A stretch of 59,642 bases of DNA, counting the filler. It is 6 parts of 6 records of this genome, joined end to end, with 100 filler letters (N's around TTAATTAATTAA, not from the genome) between each part and the next. Parts side by side here need not be neighbours in the genome. Positions count along the whole stretch, not along the records: positions 20,880 to 27,307 come from SRR31156797_876; positions 27,408 to 34,711 come from SRR31156797_881; 4 more parts are not named here. One strand, written 5' to 3'. Position 1 is the stretch's first letter. Every line of letters begins with the position of its first letter. The notes below the pieces were generated by a model that made no database searches, was not told the origin of the DNA, and worked only from the letters and a program-made list of their open reading frames with translations. A program made the position numbers and the translations under genes. Below are positions 20,980-28,781 of this stretch, piece by piece.

Positions 20980-21008
20980 ATAATATCACAAGTTATATTG
21001 TTTGTCAA
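20980..21008 (-). promoter_or_regulatory. Sigma70-type promoter for rplU
   Basis: TTGACA-17 bp-TATTAT with an extended TG. Confidence 0.75.
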
Positions 21009-21029
21009 GGTGTTTTACTTATTTTTTAG

Positions 21030-21575
21030 TTATATTTTAAGCCCCGTAAACCCGAACATAATCATAGCTATAATACTTACACTAAGATAATATACAAATT
21101 CAGGATTTAATTTTTCGGCTTTTGTTTCGATTCTTTCATACAAATCAGATAAAAGAATAAAACTAATAAAAAGAAAAATCCCATTTAGTAATGCAAATAT
21201 CAAACCTTCAAGTATAGTGAGATTATCACCATACAGAAATATATTTAAAAAAATCACGTTTAGTAAAACAAATCTTTTTATCACCTGGAACTCTTTAAAA
21301 AACAATCCTACTAAATAAACTAAAAGTATTATTATCGAAGAGTTTATTATTAGATTCAGATCATCTAATTTAAAAAGAAGCAGAACAAGTTTATCTATAT
21401 AAAAAATTATAGGTACTGTTAACACAAATACAAGCGTTACATACGAAGAAAATCTAAATATTTTTTTAGGTGAGTTTTCCATCATTAAAGGCAATTCCAC
21501 CCCCATAAAAAATTTAAACATAAAATTATTTAATAAAAGAAGATAAAAAAATGATCTAATAATTTCTTTTAGCAT
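21030..21575 (-). CDS. Divergent RnfA-like membrane subunit (no Cys)
   Basis: LLNNFMFKFFMG N-terminus and IIAMIMFGFTGL C-terminus match RnfA; last gene of the rnf cluster. Confidence 0.7.
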   Translation of the reverse strand: MLKEIIRSFFYLLLLNNFMFKFFMGVELPLMMENSPKKIFRFSSYVTLVFVLTVPIIFYIDKLVLLLFKLDDLNLIINSSIIILLVYLVGLFFKEFQVIKRFVLLNVIFLNIFLYGDNLTILEGLIFALLNGIFLFISFILLSDLYERIETKAEKLNPEFVYYLSVSIIAMIMFGFTGLKI

Positions 21576-22095
21576 TTTTCCCCTCCCTCTTTTTCAAATG
21601 ATCTAAAAACGCTAATAGAAGTGTACATGCCAGTAGGCCCCCTGAACTATAATTAAAAAGTAAAATCCCTTCATAATTTTGTAATAACTCAAAAGAAAAA
21701 ACAGAACCAAAAGTTATTAGTTCTCTTATTACTCCTAAGACAATAATTATAGCTCCTGTTTCTAACATGTAAGCGATCTTACTCAGCTTTCCTGCTATTT
21801 TTATTCTTTCCATTACAATATAAATACTCAAAAACATAATGTTAGAGTATTTTATCGGCAGATACCAATCGAAATTCAGATAGTTCAAAGCAAAGTTAAT
21901 AAGTACTATTTGTAATACAAAAATGAAAAATCTTAGAAAAAACAAATTCTCATCTCTCAATAATTTATTAATCAAAAATGAATTAAAAATTAAAGCCATT
22001 GACATTATTAAAGTTAAAATAGCTGATTCTGCATTTCTTGTTCCAAGCACTAAAACTAGCAAAGGATAATATGTATAAATTGATTTTCCAGACAT
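21556..22095 (-). CDS. Divergent RnfE-like membrane subunit
   Basis: GVIRELITFGS motif, about 6 TM, position after rnfG; conserved CP and NC cysteines absent. Confidence 0.7.
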   Translation of the reverse strand: MSGKSIYTYYPLLVLVLGTRNAESAILTLIMSMALIFNSFLINKLLRDENLFFLRFFIFVLQIVLINFALNYLNFDWYLPIKYSNIMFLSIYIVMERIKIAGKLSKIAYMLETGAIIIVLGVIRELITFGSVFSFELLQNYEGILLFNYSSGGLLACTLLLAFLDHLKKREGKNAKRNY

Positions 22096-23693
22096 TATGC
22101 ATCACCAGCTTCACTTTCATCCTCAGCCACTATCTCTTCAGTCTCCAAGTTCTCGACTTCTAAGTCATCATCTTCAAACTCTTCAAAGTCCTCAAAATCA
22201 AATTCATCTAATTCATCCATTAAAACATATTCATAACTCTCAAGTACTGACATAATCTCTTTATAAGCATTTAAGAAAGTAAATGTTGCTCCTGTGTAAG
22301 CATCTACTGATTTATCAAATTCATACGTCAAATCTCTACCCTTCCACAAACTTGTCCATTCTTCACTTTGAACTTGAGCACCTAAACCAAGAGTTTCATT
22401 CTGTTCAAGGACTTTTAATCCGGTGATCACACCATCTAAATCTATTCCCATAATTATTTTTACCATATCAGTTGAGTAACCTTTGCTCTCAAAGATAACT
22501 AAATGCCCCAGTAACTCATCATCTTTATTAATTGGTTGAAAATAATAACCTTCATCACTTAATTTAGCTTCTGATGCTTCCCCCGCTTCAACACCTTCGC
22601 CAAAAAGAAGCTCTAATTTTTCATCTCTGATTTCAGTTTCTTTTTTCACTTCATATTTCTCAATTAACTCATCAATCTCAAAAACTCCATAACTAAGAAC
22701 GAAAACGACTATAATAGTTATAAGAAATATCAAAACTTTTTTCATATTATGTTTCCCTCCAAAACTTCTTGGCAATGTATATTTATTAATCGTTGGTACA
22801 CAAATATTTGCTATTAAAATTGCAAAAGTAACACCTTCAGGTTGTGATGTAAATTTTCTAATAAAATACGTAAAAATTGCAACTAGTACAGAATAAAGTA
22901 TTAGACCTATATTTGTATAAGGTGAAGTAACCATATCAGTAAGCATGTAAACAGCTGCAAAACAAACTCCACCTGTTAATACATATAAAAAAGGCGATTC
23001 TCCACTAATAAAATACATTGTGCCCAAAGTTAGTAATAAAATTATTGGAACTTTAATCTTAATATGTCCCTTTAATTTTAAATAAACAGCTCCTAAAATT
23101 ATCGCTACAAGGGAAACTTCTCCCATTGATCTAATTAACTGACTATTTCCATAAAGCAGGCCTTTATAAAAAGTAGCTTTTCCTCCAAACATATCAAAAA
23201 CAACATCATTCCCAATATATTTAAGTAAAGGAAAGACACTTGCGCCACCTATACCATCAACTTGTGTATAATCATAAACATATTGAGGAAAAGATATCAT
23301 TACAATTAATCTTCCAACAAGTGCAGGGTTAAAAATATTTTTTCCAACTCCCCCAAACAGTATCTTTCCAATTAGTATAGAGGCAACTGATCCCACTATT
23401 ATTACTTTAAAGGGAACTGTTACCGGCAAAGTTAAAGTAAACAGCACTGTTGTAACTATACCACTTCCGTCAAAGCTTTGATTCTCTAATCCCAATGCCT
23501 TAGAGCTAATATATTCTGTTAGCAAACCACTTAAAACAGCTGTGATAAGCAACAAGGCTACTCTATACCCATAGATAATTATTGACATAATTATCACAGG
23601 CAACAATGCAATTACCACATCATACATGGTGCTTTCCATTGTAAAAAGTGTTCTAATATGTGGTGAAACACCTACTGTTTTTTTACTCAACAT
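22095..23693 (-). CDS. RnfD-RnfG fusion protein
   Basis: RnfD motifs (SPHIR, FGGVGKNIFNPALVGR, TDMVTSP, PEGVTFAILIAN) followed in frame by a TM anchor and FMN-binding domain (KGYS, NETLGLG, DAYTGAT); acidic tail. Confidence 0.88.
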   Translation of the reverse strand: MLSKKTVGVSPHIRTLFTMESTMYDVVIALLPVIIMSIIIYGYRVALLLITAVLSGLLTEYISSKALGLENQSFDGSGIVTTVLFTLTLPVTVPFKVIIVGSVASILIGKILFGGVGKNIFNPALVGRLIVMISFPQYVYDYTQVDGIGGASVFPLLKYIGNDVVFDMFGGKATFYKGLLYGNSQLIRSMGEVSLVAIILGAVYLKLKGHIKIKVPIILLLTLGTMYFISGESPFLYVLTGGVCFAAVYMLTDMVTSPYTNIGLILYSVLVAIFTYFIRKFTSQPEGVTFAILIANICVPTINKYTLPRSFGGKHNMKKVLIFLITIIVVFVLSYGVFEIDELIEKYEVKKETEIRDEKLELLFGEGVEAGEASEAKLSDEGYYFQPINKDDELLGHLVIFESKGYSTDMVKIIMGIDLDGVITGLKVLEQNETLGLGAQVQSEEWTSLWKGRDLTYEFDKSVDAYTGATFTFLNAYKEIMSVLESYEYVLMDELDEFDFEDFEEFEDDDLEVENLETEEIVAEDESEAGDA

Positions 23694-23714
23694 ATCTCCT
23701 CCCGAAGCTTTTAT

Positions 23715-25004
23715 CTATTTTTTAAGAGTAGAGAATCCAAACCAGATAGCCTCCATCATCGGTTGATTCACCGGACAAATATATTGACAGCTACTGCAAC
23801 GAATACATTTCCTTAACTCAAATTTTTCCATCTCACTAAATTTTTTAGTCTTAAATAACTCTACATATTTTAGAGGAACCAGTCCCATCGGGCAAACATC
23901 TAAACATTTTCCGCACGAGATACACTCTTTACTCCGATAAGGTTTAACATCTTTTTCGGTCAAGCCTAATAAACCGTTAGTTCCTTTGATAACAACTTCA
24001 TTTTCATCTGAAATTGCAAAACCCATCATAGGTCCTCCAAGAATCATCTTATATAACTCTTCTCTATCAACTTCACAATAATCTAAAATGTCTTTAACAG
24101 ATGTTCCTAATTTCACTTTTAAATTTTTAGGATTCCCCACTGCATTTCCTGCGACAGTTACAATTCTTTCGATTAAAGGTTTCCCAAGCTGAACTGCTTC
24201 GTAAATTGCAGAACATGTAGCAACATTTAAAACTAATATTCCATAGTCAATTGGTAAAGCACTCATCTCTTTGTTAAAGATACTTTGAAGCATTTGCTTC
24301 TCTCCACCCTGCGGGTACTTAGTATGAAGTTTTGCTATTCCTATACTCTCGTCTTGAGATACTCTTCCTTTTAATTCTTCAATAGCCTGAGTTTTATTAT
24401 CTTCAACAGCTATTATCACTTTAGGGATATTAAACACATTCTGAATAAGTTTTATTCCCTTAAGCAGTAGGCTCGCATTTTCAAGCATAAGCCTGTTATC
24501 TGCATTTAAATAGGGTTCACACTCCACTCCGTTAATTACAAGCGTTTTTACAGATTTATTCTCCGGGATTGCCAATTTTTTATATGTTGGGAACATCGCC
24601 CCACCCATCCCTACAATTCCGGCTTCTTGAATAATTCTTAAAAACTCTTTTTTACTTAAGTTTTCAATTTTTTTTCTTTCATGATAATTTATATGCTTAA
24701 ATCGCTTATCATTTTTTATAACAACTCCCGTTATATGAGAGCCTGTTCTATTTAGCCTTATATCTACTTTTTCAACATTACCCGAAATGCTCGAATGAAT
24801 CCATGGAGCGTTTTCAGATTTTGCAATTACTTGACCCGCTTTAACATACTCCCCCTCTTCAACACAAACAACAGCTTCCTCACCGATATGTTGTCTCAGA
24901 GGGATAAAAACATCATTAAAATTTTGAAATTCCTCTATTTTTAATTTCTCTGTTTGTCGTTTTCTATCAGGTGGATGAACTCCTCCTCTAAACTTCCTAA
25001 ACAT
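23715..25004 (-). CDS. rnfC: Electron transport complex subunit RnfC
   Basis: FRGGVHP, GIVGMGGAMFPT, NGVECEPYL, KYPQGGEK, two CxxCxxCxxxCP motifs. Confidence 0.95.
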   Translation of the reverse strand: MFRKFRGGVHPPDRKRQTEKLKIEEFQNFNDVFIPLRQHIGEEAVVCVEEGEYVKAGQVIAKSENAPWIHSSISGNVEKVDIRLNRTGSHITGVVIKNDKRFKHINYHERKKIENLSKKEFLRIIQEAGIVGMGGAMFPTYKKLAIPENKSVKTLVINGVECEPYLNADNRLMLENASLLLKGIKLIQNVFNIPKVIIAVEDNKTQAIEELKGRVSQDESIGIAKLHTKYPQGGEKQMLQSIFNKEMSALPIDYGILVLNVATCSAIYEAVQLGKPLIERIVTVAGNAVGNPKNLKVKLGTSVKDILDYCEVDREELYKMILGGPMMGFAISDENEVVIKGTNGLLGLTEKDVKPYRSKECISCGKCLDVCPMGLVPLKYVELFKTKKFSEMEKFELRKCIRCSSCQYICPVNQPMMEAIWFGFSTLKK

Positions 25005-25020
25005 TATGTCCTCCTACACG

Positions 25021-26196
25021 CTACAATCTATGTAGCAACATCTCTTCCAAATCTGAATCGGATAAATCTATCGGATTATTTTTATTCCCGGTTTTTTTGA
25101 TTATTTTATTAAGATCTTTTTTCTTCACACCATATTTAGATAATTTTGGAATTCCCAAAGATTTTAACATTTTATCTACTTCTAATTCCAAAGCCTTACA
25201 CGCAGCGCTGATACCTAAATCCTCTTCACCAGAGAATAACTTACCTACTTCAGAATATTTGTGCAGATACTTGCTATATTTACCCGGTGATTTTTCCATT
25301 TTCTTAACATTAATTTTTATCCATTCACCTATCAAAGTTCCACAGACTACACCGTGAGGAATATCTACGAAACTCCCTATAGAGGCTGCAAAACCATGAA
25401 CTGTTGCTAAACCTGCATTTGCAAGAACAATTCCTGAAAGATATGCCGCGTAAGCCATTTTTGCTCTGGCTTCAATATCATTTCCTTCATTATAAGTTTT
25501 TAGCAAAGCTTCCTTTACACACTTTAACCCTTCAAGTGCTAAAGCATCAGTAAACTCATTAGAAGAAGTTGATAGATACCCCTCTAACAGCTGTGCAAAG
25601 GTATCCATTCCACTAGCTGCAGTTATACTTTTAGGACATTTTATTATTAATTTCGGATCAATTATCGCACATTCCGGTACAAATTTTTCATGCCTTAGAG
25701 ACTTCTTAAAACCATCTGAACCAATTTCACTAATTACAGCATTTTTTGTAGCTTCACTTCCTGTTCCGGATGTTGTCGGGACAGCAATAAAGGGAATTTT
25801 TTCCCCATCATGTGTTTTACTACCTACAACTTCCAAATACTCTTTTACTGATTCCCCTTGCTTAGGAAGCATTGCTGAAACAGCTTTCCCTGCATCAAGT
25901 ACGCTTCCTCCACCTATTGCTACAACAACTTCAACTATTGTATCCTGATAATTAGAAGTTATTCTATCAATCACTTCCGGTGAAGGTTCAGTTTTTATAT
26001 TTTCCACATTCATTATTATTCCGGCTGTTCTAAATATATCTTTTAATTTATCAAAATTTTTACTCTTTTGAAAGGATTCTCCTCCAACAATAAGCAATAT
26101 TTTATTACCATATTTTAATACCTCTTTGTCTATTTCATCAAAACTGCCCTCTCCGAAATGCAGTTTTGGTATTCTTGAAATCGTAAAACTCTTCAA
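25021..26196 (-). CDS. Iron-containing alcohol dehydrogenase
   Basis: GGGSVLDAGK, PTTSGTGSE, HGFA...HG metal ligands; TTG start with GGAGGG RBS. Confidence 0.9.
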   Translation of the reverse strand: MKSFTISRIPKLHFGEGSFDEIDKEVLKYGNKILLIVGGESFQKSKNFDKLKDIFRTAGIIMNVENIKTEPSPEVIDRITSNYQDTIVEVVVAIGGGSVLDAGKAVSAMLPKQGESVKEYLEVVGSKTHDGEKIPFIAVPTTSGTGSEATKNAVISEIGSDGFKKSLRHEKFVPECAIIDPKLIIKCPKSITAASGMDTFAQLLEGYLSTSSNEFTDALALEGLKCVKEALLKTYNEGNDIEARAKMAYAAYLSGIVLANAGLATVHGFAASIGSFVDIPHGVVCGTLIGEWIKINVKKMEKSPGKYSKYLHKYSEVGKLFSGEEDLGISAACKALELEVDKMLKSLGIPKLSKYGVKKKDLNKIIKKTGNKNNPIDLSDSDLEEMLLHRL

Positions 26197-26370
26197 GCCA
26201 ATCCCTCCAATCATTTTATTCAAACTTCTATTTCAGTCTACCATAATTTATTCATCATTTCAATTTATAGTGAACTATTACTAAATACTGTTCACCTTTA
26301 ATTCTTTGGTTTTTACTAATATTGTGTTACTATTATCTTGCCTAAAAAAAATAATTAGAGGTGAAAATTT

Positions 26371-27237
26371 ATGATATATAAAAAATTGGGAAAGTCAGAC
26401 TTAAATGTGTCTGTATTAGGTTTTGGATGTTGGGCCACTGCAAAGCATGGCTGGAAAGATGTTAATCAAGAAGAAGCAATTAAAACTCTTGAAAAAGGAT
26501 ATGAAAACGGAATAAATTTCTTTGATACTGCTCCAATTTATGGTTTTGGAAAATCTGAAGAGATACTTGGAGAAGTCTTTGGCAGTGTGAGAAATAAAGT
26601 ATATATTGCAACCAAAGCTGGGCTTCGTTGGAATGATTATGGAAAGGTAACACATAATTTAAAGAAAGACAGTATTTTATTTGAAGTTGAAAATAGTTTG
26701 AAAAGACTAAAAACTGATTATATCGACCTGTATCAAATTCACTGGCCGGATAATCAAACTCCTATCGAAGAATCAGTAGAGGTTCTGCTTAAACTAAAAA
26801 AAGAGGGGATTATTAAAAACATTGGTGTTTCTAATTTCTCTTTAAATTTATTAAATAAAGTTAAAAATGAAATTGTCTCAACTCAGGACCAGTATAACAT
26901 GCTACAAAACTCTGTAGAAAACGAAATTTTGCCATTTTGTGACGAGAATAATTTAGGTTTTATAGCATATAGTCCACTGGCACAAGGTTTATTATCCGGA
27001 AAAGTTAAAAGAGACTATACTTTTGGAAAAGGTGATATTAGAAGATTCAATCAATTATTCAAAGACAAGAAACTATTTGATAAAATTGAAGCAATTGAGA
27101 AACCTCTTGTTAAAACATCTATGGAATATCTGTTAAAGAACAAAAATGTTACTTCTATTTTAACAAGTATGACAAAAGAAAAACACTTAATAGAAAACAT
27201 AAAAATAATTGAAAATTATATGAATAGCAAGATTTAA
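26371..27237 (+). CDS. Aldo/keto reductase
   Basis: FFDTAPIYG, ATKAG, DYIDLYQIHWP, IGVSNF, AYSPLAQG. Confidence 0.93.
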   Translation: MIYKKLGKSDLNVSVLGFGCWATAKHGWKDVNQEEAIKTLEKGYENGINFFDTAPIYGFGKSEEILGEVFGSVRNKVYIATKAGLRWNDYGKVTHNLKKDSILFEVENSLKRLKTDYIDLYQIHWPDNQTPIEESVEVLLKLKKEGIIKNIGVSNFSLNLLNKVKNEIVSTQDQYNMLQNSVENEILPFCDENNLGFIAYSPLAQGLLSGKVKRDYTFGKGDIRRFNQLFKDKKLFDKIEAIEKPLVKTSMEYLLKNKNVTSILTSMTKEKHLIENIKIIENYMNSKI

Positions 27238-27247
27238 TTTTACAAAA

Positions 27248-27283
27248 AATAACAAGATCCGCCGGATGGCGGATCCAGTTATT
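27248..27283. terminator. GC-rich hairpin after AKR (terminator or REP-like)
   Basis: AATAAC-aa-GATCCGCC-ggat-GGCGGATC-ca-GTTATT. Confidence 0.55.
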
Positions 27284-27307
27284 AAAGAGAAGTTAATAAA
27301 GGGATTA

Positions 27308-27407
27308 NNNNNNNNNNNNNNNNNNNNNNNNNNNNNNNNNNNNNNNNNNNNTTAATTAATTAANNNNNNNNNNNNNNNNNNNNNNNNNNNNNNNNNNNNN
27401 NNNNNNN
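27308..27407. other. Artificial contig linker
   Basis: Same N/TTAATTAATTAA/N linker. Confidence 0.98.
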
Positions 27408-27408
27408 A

Positions 27409-27501
27409 GTTCCTGGAACAGATAAAACTGTTAAAGTTCCTGCAACAACTGTAGCAAAATTCAAAGTTGGTAAAGCTTTAAAAGAAGCTGTAGCTAAGTA
27501 A
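27409..27501 (+). CDS. hup: HU family DNA-binding protein, 3' end (partial)
   Basis: Translates to VPGTDKTVKVPATTVAKFKVGKALKEAVAK*; not in the ORF track. Confidence 0.85.
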   Translation, partial: VPGTDKTVKVPATTVAKFKVGKALKEAVAK

Positions 27502-27524
27502 TTTTACTTTCTATTCAACTTATG

Positions 27525-27555
27525 AAGGGTTCATCTTCTGATGGACCCTTTTTTT
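27525..27555 (+). terminator. Terminator after hup
   Basis: AAGGGTTCATC-ttct-GATGGACCCTT plus T-run. Confidence 0.8.
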
Positions 27556-27689
27556 ATGCCTAAATTTCACTCTTTCTAAAAAATTATTTTATTTATTCTA
27601 TTTCTATTTTTACTCTTTTTTAATTTATCACTTCACACTTTTAAAATAACTTCTATTTTCATAAAAAATATTAAATTATATAGATATAT

Positions 27690-27741
27690 TATAGTTTTAT
27701 ATAAGTTTAATAATAGTTACTATATAGTTTTATATAAGTTT
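27690..27741 (+). repeat. 19-bp direct repeat x2
   Basis: TATAGTTTTATATAAGTTT at 27690-27708 and 27723-27741 (33-bp period), just upstream of ORF 27762. Confidence 0.7.
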
Positions 27742-27761
27742 TAATTAAAAAAGAAGTAAAA

Positions 27762-28697
27762 ATGAATGATAAAGAAAAGATTTTTAATGACTTAGTTTCA
27801 TGTTTAGATACTGAACACACCCTGTTTTCAAAGAAAGATAGATTCCTTCAAAACCTTAATTATGTAAAAAAACTATTATTTTCTGGATTATCAACTAAAA
27901 AACAAATAGAACTTTATTCAAAAGAGATTGAAGAGATTTCAAGAAGTGCCTATGAAAACTATTGTAAAAAATATTTAAAAGAAGAGTATGAAAAAGGTTT
28001 ATTGAATACCCTACTTTTTAGAAATATAAAATCTATTGCTCATTATTTAACACAAGAAGAGAAACCAACTTCAACTAAACTTTACAATATATTATTAGAA
28101 AGTGGTTCTTTAAAACAAGCTAGAAATAAAAAAGATTCATCAATTGATTATAAGACATTTGAAGAATTGCTAAAAGAGTTTTTAAAAAACAAAGGTTATG
28201 AAAACATAATAGAGTTTGATAAAGAAAAAACTCAAATAAATATAGAAAATACAAATGAAAGTACACCAGTTCAAAATACACAAGAAGAAGAAAAGGAAGT
28301 AAAAATTGAACTTGTAGATGGAACTTACAAATATTATGATAAAAATCTTTTAAAGACAGAGTTTATTGAGTTTGAAAATAGTTATATTGATAACAATATT
28401 AAAGAAACCAACGTTTACTATATTCAAGCAAGATATATAGATAAAGAGTATAGTTTTGAGAAATTTAAAGAAGTTATAAAAACTAATAATCTAATAGAAA
28501 ACTATTCAATTATAGTACACAATAATTCAAATGTTGATACAAGATTATATATTTATAGATTTATTGATAATAAACTTATTATGCTAAAAAGTCTTGATGC
28601 AGCCTCTTGTGTCTTTGAATTAGATGAACTAATAAGAAGAGGAAGAACAAACTTTTTTGAAAAACTAGATGAGCATATTCACTACATTACAAATTAA
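27762..28697 (+). CDS. Hypothetical protein, possible TraK/StbA-like DNA-binding N-terminus
   Basis: 311-aa ORF; family resemblance is by eye only. Confidence 0.6.
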   Translation: MNDKEKIFNDLVSCLDTEHTLFSKKDRFLQNLNYVKKLLFSGLSTKKQIELYSKEIEEISRSAYENYCKKYLKEEYEKGLLNTLLFRNIKSIAHYLTQEEKPTSTKLYNILLESGSLKQARNKKDSSIDYKTFEELLKEFLKNKGYENIIEFDKEKTQINIENTNESTPVQNTQEEEKEVKIELVDGTYKYYDKNLLKTEFIEFENSYIDNNIKETNVYYIQARYIDKEYSFEKFKEVIKTNNLIENYSIIVHNNSNVDTRLYIYRFIDNKLIMLKSLDAASCVFELDELIRRGRTNFFEKLDEHIHYITN

Positions 28698-28781
28698 CTT
28701 TAGATTAAATTTATAAATTTATTATATTTTTTACTTATTTTAATGATATTTCTTGTTATTATATTTAACAAGGAGTTTATT

